A stretch of 64,000 nucleotides of DNA, taken from positions 8,039 to 72,038 of the forward strand of contig JBPOHQ010000006.1 of NCBI GenBank assembly GCA_052035405.1, written 5' to 3'. Below the pieces are notes generated by a model, which worked only from the letters and a program-made list of their open reading frames with translations, was not told the origin of the DNA and ran no database searches. Shown piece by piece: positions 12,412-22,203 of this stretch. Position 1 is the first letter of the stretch, and each line of letters starts with the position of its first letter. The stretch comes from Candidatus Nomurabacteria bacterium (GTDB lineage Bacteria > Patescibacteriota > Minisyncoccia > Phycocordibacterales > UBA9973). The position numbers and the translations under genes were made by a program.

Positions 12412-12795
12412 ATGAGTAAAAAAGTAAATCAAAAGGAAGGAGTGGGCAAGGCTATAGCAGCCGGAGTGGGTGTCGCAGCAGTATCAGCTGCAGCGTATTT
12501 GTTGTTTGGTCCAGAAGGAAAAAAGAATAGAAAGAAAATTAATGGATGGGCAGTAAAAATGAAAGGTGAGATGATCGAAAAATTTGAAGATATGAAGGAA
12601 GTAACAGAACCTATGTATCACAAAGTTGTAGACGAAATCTCAGCAAAGTATGCAAAGACAAAAGGTGTTTCTCAAGAAGAAATTACTGGAGTTGTGGCAG
12701 AATTAAAAAAACATTGGAAAGCTCTTGCAAAAGATACTAAAAAATTAGTAAAAAAAGTAAGCAAGACCCCCGCTAAAAAAGTTAGTAAAAAATAA
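12412..12795 (+). CDS. Small lysine-rich protein with an N-terminal hydrophobic segment, hypothetical
   Basis: AIAAGVGVAAVSAAAYLLF followed by a Lys-rich tail (KKVSKTPAKKVSKK). Confidence 0.35.
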   Translation: MSKKVNQKEGVGKAIAAGVGVAAVSAAAYLLFGPEGKKNRKKINGWAVKMKGEMIEKFEDMKEVTEPMYHKVVDEISAKYAKTKGVSQEEITGVVAELKKHWKALAKDTKKLVKKVSKTPAKKVSKK

Positions 12796-12818
12796 AAAAG
12801 AAGTATACTGAGAAAGTT

Positions 12819-13589
12819 TTGAAGAAAGATATTCAAAAAATAATAGTTTTAAACAAAAAGGAAGGAGAGACACCGCTTGAAGCGTTGTCTCTTTTTCGTA
12901 GTACGCATAAAAGTTTTAAAGACATACCCATGACCTATGCAGGGCGACTGGACCCGATGGCTTCTGGGTTGTTGATTATTTTGATCGGAGAAGAATGTAA
13001 AAAGAAAGATGAATATCTGAAACTAGATAAAGAATACGAATTTGACGTATTGTTTGGCTTTGCTACTGATACATATGATATTTTGGGTAAAGTTACTGCA
13101 AAAGCATGCAAAGAACACCTAGACGCTTTGAACGCTAAATCTTTAGAAAAAGAAATATTAAAAAATCTAAAGTATTTTAAGGGTACGTTTATTCAAAAGT
13201 ATCCAATATATTCTTCTCGTACGGTGAATGGGAAGCCACTTTTTGAATATGGTAGAGAGGGCAAAGATGTAGAGATTCCAGAAAGAGAGGTACATGTAAA
13301 AAGTTTAAAATTTCTAAAATTAAGAAAAATAAACAATAAAAAACTTTTAGAAAATATAGAAAAAAGGATACGAAAAGTAAATGGAGATTTTAGGCAAAAA
13401 GAAATTATACATATTTGGAAAAAAGAATTGAAAACAGAAGAAACTTTCTTCATTGCAAGTTTTAAAGTGAAGTGTAGTAGTGGTACGTACGTGAGAGGGA
13501 TAGCTCAAGATTTGGGTGAGAAGATGGGTCTACCAACACTCGCTTACACAATAAAAAGGACAAAAATTGGGAAATATGATAATGTGTAA
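12819..13589 (+). CDS. truB: tRNA pseudouridine synthase (TruB family)
   Basis: AGRLDPMASGLLIILIG matches the TruB GxLDPxAxGxL catalytic-Asp motif. Confidence 0.65.
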   Translation: MKKDIQKIIVLNKKEGETPLEALSLFRSTHKSFKDIPMTYAGRLDPMASGLLIILIGEECKKKDEYLKLDKEYEFDVLFGFATDTYDILGKVTAKACKEHLDALNAKSLEKEILKNLKYFKGTFIQKYPIYSSRTVNGKPLFEYGREGKDVEIPEREVHVKSLKFLKLRKINNKKLLENIEKRIRKVNGDFRQKEIIHIWKKELKTEETFFIASFKVKCSSGTYVRGIAQDLGEKMGLPTLAYTIKRTKIGKYDNV

Positions 13590-14512
13590 TGATGGAAATG
13601 CAAACTATATTGAGTATTTTATTTGGTGTGGTGGTAGTGGGTTTTTTAGTGGCAGATCTTGGATTTTTTAATAAAAAAAGCCACAAGATTGCTTTTAAGC
13701 CCGCACTCTATCAATCAATATTTTGGGTTGGAATCTCTCTTGTTTTTGGACTTTTAATCTATCTTTTTATAGACAAGAACACAGCAGTTGAGTTTCTAAG
13801 TGCATATGTTACAGAAAAAATGCTTTCCGTAGATAATCTCTTTGTGATAATGCTTATCTTTAGTTATTTTAAATTAGATGAAAAGTATCACCATAGGGCA
13901 TTGTTTTGGGGTATATTAGGAGCAATAGTGTTTCGGGGAGTTTTTATTTTGGCTGGATCTTATATCATAAATCAATTTCACTGGGTTCTGTATATCTTTG
14001 GTGCGGTGCTTCTCTATACAGGTTTGAAATTACTAGGTGATAAAAAAGAAGAACATATTGATTTTAAAAAGAGTAAAGTTATAAAGTTTCTCCATAAAGT
14101 GTTTCCTTTTACTGATAGTCATCATGGAGGAAAATTCTTTTTGAGAGAGAACGGAAAATTTTATTTTACTTCATTATTTATGGTGGTAGCCATGGTAGAG
14201 GCAACTGATATTATCTTTGCAGTGGACTCTATTCCTGCTGTATTTTCTATCTCTCAAAATTTGTTCGTAGTGTTTACTTCTAATATCTTTGCGATTATGG
14301 GACTTCGAGCGTTGTTCTTCTTACTTGAAAACATATTGCATCGTTTCCACCATCTACAAAAAGGCTTGGCAGTAATATTATTGTTTATTGGTGCAAAAAT
14401 GCTGGTAGGAATATTTGGTATACATATCTCTTCTTTTGTTTCATTTGGGGTTATTATGTTTGCACTAGTTACTTCTATAATATTATCTTTAATGTTCCCT
14501 AAGAAAATTTAA
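13589..14512 (+). CDS. TerC family integral membrane protein
   Basis: Multi-TM protein with the TerC signature (EKMLSVDNLFVIMLIF...AVDSIPAVF). Confidence 0.8.
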   Translation: MMEMQTILSILFGVVVVGFLVADLGFFNKKSHKIAFKPALYQSIFWVGISLVFGLLIYLFIDKNTAVEFLSAYVTEKMLSVDNLFVIMLIFSYFKLDEKYHHRALFWGILGAIVFRGVFILAGSYIINQFHWVLYIFGAVLLYTGLKLLGDKKEEHIDFKKSKVIKFLHKVFPFTDSHHGGKFFLRENGKFYFTSLFMVVAMVEATDIIFAVDSIPAVFSISQNLFVVFTSNIFAIMGLRALFFLLENILHRFHHLQKGLAVILLFIGAKMLVGIFGIHISSFVSFGVIMFALVTSIILSLMFPKKI

Positions 14513-14524
14513 AAACAAAAAAAT

Positions 14525-14548
14525 ACAAGAGCAGGGCTTGTGTTTTTT
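14525..14548 (+). terminator. Putative terminator after terC
   Basis: ACAAG-AGCAGGG-CTTGT hairpin followed by GTTTTTTGG. Confidence 0.4.
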
Positions 14549-14625
14549 GGTTTTAGGAGTAGAATCAACAACTGAAATTGTACATTTAATACACTAATTT
14601 TTCACCCATACAACTGCCTTGGTCT

Positions 14626-15192
14626 ATGGAAGTAATGATTAAATCAGCTCTGATTTTTTTTGAAAGCCCTATTCCGTGGCTTATCAACGGATTCACTATT
14701 CTTTTTTATTTACTTGCAACAAAAAAAGCGACACTTACTCCAGTGGATTGTTGTAGGTGTGCCGATAAACGTGTTGGCGGTGGTAATCTCTTAGGAGGAG
14801 CAGCTGCCATGTCTTTTGGGTCTCCATCATTGTTTTTGTTTTACTTTCTAAAACTCGACATATTCTGGACTATGTTTGAGATTCAAGCGATATACAGCAC
14901 TATCATGTTAGTTGTTCTAGTTTTACCAAAGTTACTTAAAGACGGGACTGTTCTTATTGAAAGTCATGCAGGTGGCGAAGTATCTCTTTGTGGAATGGTT
15001 GCGGCTTTAAATATAGGGCCACTGTATTGGGTGTCTAAGATTCCAGGAATTGGAATTTTTATTTTTATCCTAGTGGATATAATCACGACCGTGCATCATG
15101 TTTTTGCGTCGATTATTTTAGGAATCTGTTCATTGGGAAGAATTAAAACAGGTTTTTCAGAAAGTCAGAAACCACCAAGCGGCTATACGTAG
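14626..15192 (+). CDS. Hypothetical membrane protein, uncertain. The transcription unit is bounded by terminators on both sides.
   Basis: Hydrophobic 188-aa ORF with an odd Cys/Gly-rich low-complexity segment (CCRCADKRVGGGNLLGGAAA). No recognisable family. Confidence 0.35.
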   Translation: MEVMIKSALIFFESPIPWLINGFTILFYLLATKKATLTPVDCCRCADKRVGGGNLLGGAAAMSFGSPSLFLFYFLKLDIFWTMFEIQAIYSTIMLVVLVLPKLLKDGTVLIESHAGGEVSLCGMVAALNIGPLYWVSKIPGIGIFIFILVDIITTVHHVFASIILGICSLGRIKTGFSESQKPPSGYT

Positions 15193-15204
15193 CCGCTTTT
15201 TTTA
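15176..15204 (+). terminator. Rho-independent terminator
   Basis: AGCGGCTA-TACG-TAGCCGCT hairpin followed by TTTTTTTATTT. Confidence 0.55.
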
Positions 15205-15223
15205 TTTACGTTATAATGTACCC

Positions 15224-18205
15224 ATGTCAGACAAAAACTTTGAGACTGAGTACGGTAAATTAAATAAGGCACAGAAGGACGCGGTGGACTCTATCGACGG
15301 ACCAGTCATGGTAGTCGCGGGTCCCGGTACAGGTAAGACCCAGATACTAGCACTTCGTATAGGGAATATTTTAAATAAAACTGATATAAAAGCTGATGGT
15401 ATTTTATGTTTAACGTTTACCAATTCTGGAGTGAAAGCGATGAAAGAGAGACTTAGGTCGTATATCGGAGGGGAGGCAGGAAAAGTTCATGTATCCACGT
15501 TCCATAGTTTTGGTATGAATATTATAGAGAAATATTTTGGTGCTCTTGGACTGGACGAGATGCCGACACTCATGGATGAAAAGGATTCGATCATGATTTC
15601 AGATTCAATCTTACAAGATAATACTTGGGAATATTTAAAGCCGAGATCAGATAATTCTAGATATTTTAATGATTTAAAATCTTTAATTTCTTTTTTGAAA
15701 CGAGAACGCATCAAGCCTGCAGATTTTGAGAGATTACTTCAAGATGAAATAAGAAATATTAAAAATGATCCAGAGAGTATCTCAACTCGTGGAGAGAGTA
15801 AAGGGAAATTAAAAAAAGAAATAGAAAAAAAGATTGAAGGATTAGAACGTACTCTTGAAGCGATGCGATTTTATGAATTTTATGAACAAGTAAAAAGTGA
15901 AAAGAATTTTTTAGATTATGATGATGTGTTGGAGAGTTTAGTAAAAATTGTAGAAGAAAGCGAAGACGCAGCAGCTTTTATTCGAGAGAACTATCAATAT
16001 ATTCTCATAGACGAACACCAGGATTCTAGTGGTGTGCAAAATGAGTTTCTGCAAAAAGTTTGGGGTGAAGTAGAGAATCCAAATATTTTTGTAGTAGGGG
16101 ACGATCGGCAGCTTATATATGGATTCGGAGGAGCGTCCCTAGAATACTTTGAGAATTTCAAAAATGCTTTTGGAAAAGCGAAGCTCATAATGCTCGTTGA
16201 GAATTATCGTTCTACTCAGGGTATTCTAGACTCTGCACACGAGTTGTTACAGAGTTCTATCAGTAAAGAAAAGCTAAAAAGTAATTCTAAAGAAAACCAC
16301 CCACTCAATTTAGTAGAGGCAAGTTACGAAAGAGATGAAATCATCCTTGCAGGACTTGAGATTCAGAAAAAAATAAAAGAAGGCCTAGATGAAAATGATA
16401 TAGCAATACTTGTTCCTAAAAACAGGCATGTGCGTAGTGCGATGACGGTCCTTCATGATATGGGTATATCTGTAGCAACAGGAGAGAAAGTAAACTTTTT
16501 TGATTCTCTTGTAGCCATTAGTTTTATCAGAGTTTTAAATATATTAGCAACTCCCGCGGACGGGTCAATGCTCGCAGAGTCTTTTTTTGATCCACTAACA
16601 AATATTAAACCCATCGAGGCACATACATTCATAAGAGATAACAACATGAGAGAATTTTCGTTCTTAGATGCAATGGAAGAAGAAAGACAAACTCTTTTTA
16701 AAGAAGAGAATTCGGTAAAAAACTGGATAGCAAAGTTGAAAGGTTGGTTTGCTCTTACTAACGAAAATGGTGTTTATTCTTTTATTCAGAAAATAGCACG
16801 AGAGTTTTTACTAGATACGGCAAATAATCACGAAGACTTAGTCGCTCGAGTAGAAGTCGTACGCACGATACTTCATTTAGTATTAGCTCAAATAGAAAAG
16901 AATCCAAAAATTACTTTAAAAGAATTCCTTAATTTTATTAAAAGACTAGAAGAGTATGGTCAAAATATACCACTTGCTTCTTTCGACGCTTCATCTGGAG
17001 TGAAGGTGCTTACATTGCATGGATCTAAGGGTCTAGAGTTTGATTTCGTCTGGATTGCACATATGGATGAGAAGTCTCTCGCTGGTGCACGAAAGGGTGG
17101 ATTTACAATACCAGAAAGTTTATCCGAGAAAATGGAAGAGCGAGACGAAGAAGTAATCAAAAGAGAACTTTATGTGGCCATAACCCGCGCAAAAAGATTT
17201 TGTACTATTTCTTATGCTACCCATTCATACACTGGCGGGGACAGAACTTTATCCGACGTAGTTGCTAACCTGGAAAATAATTTCACTAAACAAACAGCCG
17301 ATGAGACAGAGAAAATAATACTAGTTCATGATCCAAAAGCTTATACAGAGAGCAGGGGAATAAATAGAGAAAATATGAGCCTACAAGAATTAAAAAAGCT
17401 TGTGTCGAAAGACTATGAAGACAGGAAAGTGTCCGTCTCACTACTTAATAACTTCTTTGAGTGTCCTTGGAAGTGGTATTTTAGAAATTTACTTCAACTT
17501 CCAGAACCAAAGGCAGAAAGTCTAGAATTTGGAAACATTGTGCATGGAGCGATAGATACTATTTTAAAATTAAATACAGATACGGTAAACGAGGAAGAAA
17601 TTAAAAGTATCATAAAAAAACTTGTTTTAAAATCTGGTTTTGGCGACGACAGAAAACAAAAAGAATTAGAACATGATGCATTTAAAATAGTCTCAGTATG
17701 GGTAGAAGAAAGATTACCTAAAATAGAGAAAGACAGAGAAAATGAAAAAAGTGTATCTGTGAGAGATGACAGGTTTCCTCATCTTAATATCTACGGCAAG
17801 ATAGACTTAGTGGAGATAATTGGAAAAGAAAATGTGCGGGTTACAGACTTTAAAACCGGCACCCCAAGGAAGAAAAGTGAGATAGAGAAAATAGATGAAG
17901 AGGGTAGGGTGAGCGACTACATGCGTCAGCTATCAATGTACTCGTATCTTTTAGGTGAGAATTCTAAGTGGAAAAAGAACGTAACCGAATCACAACTTGA
18001 ATTCGTACAAGCTAAAAATGAAAAAGAAATGTTTTATGGCACATATATAGACAAGGAACATATAGATTTATTAATCCGAGACATCACAGACTATGATAAT
18101 TTGTTAAAAAATGGAAACTGGGTAGATAGACCTTGCAACTTCAAATCCTACGGCAAACAAAATACTGAATGTGAGTATTGTAAAATGGCACGAATCTATG
18201 AGTAG
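15224..18205 (+). CDS. UvrD/PcrA-family helicase fused to a C-terminal PD-(D/E)xK (RecB/Cas4-like) nuclease with a four-Cys Fe-S-type cluster (AddA/AdnB-like)
   Basis: N-terminal VVAGPGTGKTQ Walker A and UvrD motifs. The C-terminus has ECPWKWYF...DLVEI...DFKTG...YMRQLSMYSYLL (D-E-K, QxxxY) and then CNFKSYGKQNTECEYC. Confidence 0.75.
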   Translation: MSDKNFETEYGKLNKAQKDAVDSIDGPVMVVAGPGTGKTQILALRIGNILNKTDIKADGILCLTFTNSGVKAMKERLRSYIGGEAGKVHVSTFHSFGMNIIEKYFGALGLDEMPTLMDEKDSIMISDSILQDNTWEYLKPRSDNSRYFNDLKSLISFLKRERIKPADFERLLQDEIRNIKNDPESISTRGESKGKLKKEIEKKIEGLERTLEAMRFYEFYEQVKSEKNFLDYDDVLESLVKIVEESEDAAAFIRENYQYILIDEHQDSSGVQNEFLQKVWGEVENPNIFVVGDDRQLIYGFGGASLEYFENFKNAFGKAKLIMLVENYRSTQGILDSAHELLQSSISKEKLKSNSKENHPLNLVEASYERDEIILAGLEIQKKIKEGLDENDIAILVPKNRHVRSAMTVLHDMGISVATGEKVNFFDSLVAISFIRVLNILATPADGSMLAESFFDPLTNIKPIEAHTFIRDNNMREFSFLDAMEEERQTLFKEENSVKNWIAKLKGWFALTNENGVYSFIQKIAREFLLDTANNHEDLVARVEVVRTILHLVLAQIEKNPKITLKEFLNFIKRLEEYGQNIPLASFDASSGVKVLTLHGSKGLEFDFVWIAHMDEKSLAGARKGGFTIPESLSEKMEERDEEVIKRELYVAITRAKRFCTISYATHSYTGGDRTLSDVVANLENNFTKQTADETEKIILVHDPKAYTESRGINRENMSLQELKKLVSKDYEDRKVSVSLLNNFFECPWKWYFRNLLQLPEPKAESLEFGNIVHGAIDTILKLNTDTVNEEEIKSIIKKLVLKSGFGDDRKQKELEHDAFKIVSVWVEERLPKIEKDRENEKSVSVRDDRFPHLNIYGKIDLVEIIGKENVRVTDFKTGTPRKKSEIEKIDEEGRVSDYMRQLSMYSYLLGENSKWKKNVTESQLEFVQAKNEKEMFYGTYIDKEHIDLLIRDITDYDNLLKNGNWVDRPCNFKSYGKQNTECEYCKMARIYE

Positions 18206-18220
18206 CATTCTTGCAATTTA

Positions 18221-18260
18221 GCTCCTCGAAAGGTATATTTTCCTTATAGGAGGTTTTTTG
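18221..18260 (+). terminator. Putative terminator after the helicase-nuclease gene
   Basis: Imperfect CTCCTCGAAAGG...CCTTATAGGAGG hairpin followed by TTTTTT. Confidence 0.4.
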
Positions 18261-18270
18261 GATTTTATCT

Positions 18271-19290
18271 ATGCATAAAAAGGTTAATTTAAAATCAAAA
18301 GAAGAATTGCTTGAAGACTTGAAGAAAGAAAACTTTCGTCGTAAAACTGTGTCTTTTTATAAGTACGTAAAAATAAAAAATCCAAAAGAGATGAGGGATT
18401 TTTTGTTTGACAACTTAAATGATCTCAAGTGTCTCGGTAGAATATATGTAGCGGAGGAAGGCATAAATGCCCAGATGAATGTACCAGAGCATAATTGGTC
18501 CTCTTTTGATTCTTTTATTCAAGGGATTCCAGAATTTAACGGGGTGCCTTACAAAGTAGCAGTAGAAGAAAAAAATACCTCAAGCTTTTTAAAGCTTATC
18601 ATAAAAGTTCGTCCGAAAATTGTGGCAGATGGGTTGGATGATAGTTCTTTTGACCCGTCAAATACCGGAGAATATGCTACTGCAGAAGATGTAAACCAAA
18701 TGATTGACCGTGGTGTGACAGTGATAGATATGCGCAATATGTATGAGGCTGCTATAGGGCATTTTGAAAATGCAAAGCTTATGAATGTGGATACTTTTAG
18801 AGAACAACTAGCTAAGGTTACAGACATGTTCAAGGATAATAAAGACGAAGAAGTGCTCCTGTATTGTACCGGAGGTATCAGGTGTGAAAAGGCTTCAGCA
18901 TGGATGAAGCACAATGGATTCAAGAATGTAAAACACATACAAGGGGGCATAATCGATTATGCTCATCAGGTAAAAGAAAAAGGTTTGCAAAATAAGTTTA
19001 AGGGTAAAAATTTCGTCTTTGATGAAAGAATGGGAGAGAAAATCGGAGATGAGATAATTGCGTTTTGCCAAGTCTGTGAAAAAACAAAATGTGATGACTA
19101 TACTCACTGCAAAAACACTTCTTGCCACGTACTTTTCATATGTTGCGATAATTGCAAGAATAAACTACATGGCTATTGTAGTAAAGTTTGTAATATTTGT
19201 GACAAATTCCCTAAGAAAATTAATCAATTCTTTATAGGTTCAAGTAAACAAAAACACCAAAATCAATTCAAGAAGAATTATAAAAGATAG
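18271..19290 (+). CDS. trhO: tRNA uridine(34) hydroxylase TrhO (YceA/UPF0176 rhodanese family)
   Basis: Near-collinear with E. coli YceA from memory: VSFYKYVKI...LGRIYVAEEGINAQMNVPE and YCTGGIRCEKASAWMKHNGFKNV...GKNFVFDERMGE, with the C-terminal Cys cluster. Confidence 0.85.
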   Translation: MHKKVNLKSKEELLEDLKKENFRRKTVSFYKYVKIKNPKEMRDFLFDNLNDLKCLGRIYVAEEGINAQMNVPEHNWSSFDSFIQGIPEFNGVPYKVAVEEKNTSSFLKLIIKVRPKIVADGLDDSSFDPSNTGEYATAEDVNQMIDRGVTVIDMRNMYEAAIGHFENAKLMNVDTFREQLAKVTDMFKDNKDEEVLLYCTGGIRCEKASAWMKHNGFKNVKHIQGGIIDYAHQVKEKGLQNKFKGKNFVFDERMGEKIGDEIIAFCQVCEKTKCDDYTHCKNTSCHVLFICCDNCKNKLHGYCSKVCNICDKFPKKINQFFIGSSKQKHQNQFKKNYKR

Positions 19291-19334
19291 AAATTTGGTA
19301 TAATGAGTATTATTAATTTAATTAATAAAAATAT

Positions 19335-19592
19335 ATGGCTATAGTAGAAATTCATGGTAAAAAAGTGCACGTAGATGATGATAGTTCTTCAGCACATTAT
19401 GCCGCTGATTATTTAAAAAAATTAGATGAAAGTGAGGCTCATAATTTTTTTAGCACTGCAGCTCATAACCGTATTTCTCATTTTGAGACACCGACACATG
19501 GTGATATAAAAAATCAAAGTTTACATCACAATATGACCCTTGAACATAATAGTGACGGTACTTATAATTTAAGAAAGAGGACTCATCACTAA
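19335..19592 (+). CDS. Small His-rich hypothetical protein upstream of pheS
   Basis: 85-aa ORF preceded by an extended -10 TGGTATAAT at 19296-19304. No family assignment. Confidence 0.3.
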   Translation: MAIVEIHGKKVHVDDDSSSAHYAADYLKKLDESEAHNFFSTAAHNRISHFETPTHGDIKNQSLHHNMTLEHNSDGTYNLRKRTHH

Positions 19593-19599
19593 GAATTTT

Positions 19600-20325
19600 A
19601 TGCAAACAATATCAGAACAAAACCCATCAAATAAAATGGGCACAGAACATCCTTTAAATATTTTAGCTAGTGAAGCATATAAGGTTTTTTCTGATCTTGG
19701 TTTTGAGGTAACCCTTGGACCCGAACTTGAAAGTGAATGGTATAACTTTGATGCGTTAAATGTATCAAAAGATCATCCTGCTCGTGATATGCAAGATACC
19801 TTTTTTATAAAAGATAAACCTGGATACGTACTTCGTACCCATACTACAAATGTCACAGCTCGAGCTATTGAACAAGCGGGCAAGGAAGGGAGAATCCCTT
19901 GTGCTTTTATTTCTATTGGAAAAGTTTTCAGAAATGAAGCGACTGATGCTACACACGAAATGCAATTTTTCCAGATTGATGGAACTATGGTGGGGGAGAA
20001 TATTTCTATAGCAGAACTTAAAGGGGTGCTAACCCACTTTTATAAAAAAATGCTTGGAGATGATGTAGAGATGGAATTTCGTCCGAGCTTCTTTCCGTTC
20101 GTTGAACCAGGTCTTGAAGTATGGCTTAAGTTTAGAAATAGATGGCTTGAAGTGATGGGTGCAGGAATGCTTCATCCAAATGTTATACAAAACTTAGGAT
20201 TAGACCCTAAAAAAGTTCAAGGTTTTGCCTTTGGTGGAGGTCTTGATCGTATTGCTATGGTCAAATGGAACGTCCCTGATGTGAGGCTTTTTTACCAAGG
20301 AGACTTACGTCTTAACCAGTTTTAA
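19600..20325 (+). CDS. pheS: Phenylalanine--tRNA ligase alpha subunit, minimal short form
   Basis: Class II core with FRPSFFPFVEPGLEV and GAGMLHP motifs. 241 aa, lacking the N-terminal extension. Confidence 0.9.
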   Translation: MQTISEQNPSNKMGTEHPLNILASEAYKVFSDLGFEVTLGPELESEWYNFDALNVSKDHPARDMQDTFFIKDKPGYVLRTHTTNVTARAIEQAGKEGRIPCAFISIGKVFRNEATDATHEMQFFQIDGTMVGENISIAELKGVLTHFYKKMLGDDVEMEFRPSFFPFVEPGLEVWLKFRNRWLEVMGAGMLHPNVIQNLGLDPKKVQGFAFGGGLDRIAMVKWNVPDVRLFYQGDLRLNQF

Positions 20326-20328
20326 TAT

Positions 20329-22179
20329 ATGAAAATTTCTTACAGTTGGTTAAAATCATATATTCCAGAAATACCTGAACCTGAAAAAATGTGGGATATT
20401 TTTACCTACCACTTATGTGAAGTAGAAAGTGTAGAAAATACAGCCGATGGGGATACTATTTTTGATATAAATATTTTACCTAATAGAGCACATGATCTAC
20501 TTTCTCATCAGGGAGTAGCTCGAGAACTCGCTTCACTTTTAGATATTACGTACAAAGATCCAACAGAGTATTATAAAATTCCAGAGTCCCTTGGCCGTAG
20601 ATCCGGTACGGGCGAGGCAAAACCAACAGAATTAAAAATACAAATAGATTCAAAAAATTGTCGTAGGTATTCAGCTCGAATAGTTAGAAATATAAAAGTA
20701 GGCCCGAGTCCAGACTGGGTAGTAAAACATCTGGAGTCCATAGGACAGAGGAGTATCAATAATGTCGTAGATGCAGCGAATATAGTTATGTACGACTGCG
20801 GTCAACCAATCCATGCCTTTGATTTAGATAAATTATCCGGTGCTCTTACCATAAGGGAAGCAAAAGAAGGAGAGGAGATAACAACCCTAGACAACAAACA
20901 GGTTACATTAAAGACAAGTAATATGGTGATAGCTGACGATAAGAATGTCTTAGCTATCGCTGGAGTAAAAGGAGGGAAGATTGCTGAAGTAGATGATCAT
21001 ACAAAAAACATTGTTATAGAGATAGCAAACTTTGACCCTGTTTCTGTACGCAAGACTGCACGCGGAATAAATATTTTTACTGATGCAGCAAAAAGATTTG
21101 AAAATGATTTATCTCCTACTTTATGTGATTACGCAATGCGAGAGTTGTGTGGACTTTTTGTCGAATACGGATTTACGGACTTCGAAAACGTAGTAGACAT
21201 GTATCCAGTAAAACCAGAAGAACGAAAGCTTTCTTTTTCTATAGATAGAATGGCAAACATGCTTGGAAGAGAAGTTTCAAAAGAAGAAGTTGTAGATGTA
21301 TTGGAAAGATATAATTTCAGTTATGAAGATAAAGGTGATGTTATAGAAATAACTGTACCCCCTATGCGACTTGATTTAAATATTGAGGAAGACATGGCAG
21401 AAGAAATAGGGAGAATAGCTGGGTATGACAAAGTTGTCGGTAGACTTCCTTCACCATCTGTTTTTAAAAGAACAGTGAATGATCGACACGCGAAAATCGC
21501 TTGGGCTCGAAATCAACTTCTTTTAAATGGATACAATGAAACCATGACTTATACTTTTTCAAACAAAGGAGAAGTAGGAGTATTACAAAGTCCCTCTGAT
21601 AAGAAATTTTTAAGAACAAATTTAACCGATGGTTTAAAAGAAAGTATAAAATTAAATCAGTTAAATGCTCCTTTTTTAGAAATGACGCAAGTAAAAGTTT
21701 TTGAAATAGGAACTGTATTTAAAAAAGATATAGAAGAAATTCACGTCGCTTACGGAGATGCTAAAAAGATAAATGAACTTGAACTCTCGGAATTCTGTGA
21801 CTTGTTTGCTCCAAAGCTCGATGCAGAGGCTATGAATATGGATTTGTTGGTGAGTATGGCGTCTCGGGCAAAACGTGTAATGCCAGATAAATTCACCATG
21901 TGGTCTTTGTATCCATTTATAACTCGTGATATCGCACTTTGGGTACCAGAAGGTACAGACAGTGAGCTTGTTCGAAAAGTGATTGCAGAAAACATTAATG
22001 AGCTTGTGGTAAAGGGTCCAAATTTATTTGACTCATTTACTAAAGATGGGAAGACTTCTTATGCTTTTCGGCTTGTTTTTCAATCGTACGAGAAGACTTT
22101 GACTGACGAAGAAGTGGGTGCTGTAATGGATAAAATAACTAATAAAATTAAGGAGAATAATGATTGGCAGTTGCGCTAG
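20329..22179 (+). CDS. pheT: Phenylalanine--tRNA ligase beta subunit, short form
   Basis: Immediately follows pheS, with B3/B4 and B5 regions and a C-terminal anticodon-binding-like segment. 616 aa. Confidence 0.8.
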   Translation: MKISYSWLKSYIPEIPEPEKMWDIFTYHLCEVESVENTADGDTIFDINILPNRAHDLLSHQGVARELASLLDITYKDPTEYYKIPESLGRRSGTGEAKPTELKIQIDSKNCRRYSARIVRNIKVGPSPDWVVKHLESIGQRSINNVVDAANIVMYDCGQPIHAFDLDKLSGALTIREAKEGEEITTLDNKQVTLKTSNMVIADDKNVLAIAGVKGGKIAEVDDHTKNIVIEIANFDPVSVRKTARGINIFTDAAKRFENDLSPTLCDYAMRELCGLFVEYGFTDFENVVDMYPVKPEERKLSFSIDRMANMLGREVSKEEVVDVLERYNFSYEDKGDVIEITVPPMRLDLNIEEDMAEEIGRIAGYDKVVGRLPSPSVFKRTVNDRHAKIAWARNQLLLNGYNETMTYTFSNKGEVGVLQSPSDKKFLRTNLTDGLKESIKLNQLNAPFLEMTQVKVFEIGTVFKKDIEEIHVAYGDAKKINELELSEFCDLFAPKLDAEAMNMDLLVSMASRAKRVMPDKFTMWSLYPFITRDIALWVPEGTDSELVRKVIAENINELVVKGPNLFDSFTKDGKTSYAFRLVFQSYEKTLTDEEVGAVMDKITNKIKENNDWQLR

Positions 22180-22203
22180 TATTCTGCTATAATAGCCTTA
22201 CTT

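Noticed and set aside
14550-15175. Possible tmRNA, SRP RNA or RNase P in the terminator-bounded unit
   Set aside because: No tRNA-like 3' end (GGUUCGA), no ANDENYALAA-type tag frame, no GGAAAGUCCG or SRP GGAA/AGCAGCC motifs were found on either strand. It is kept only as a low-confidence hypothetical ORF.
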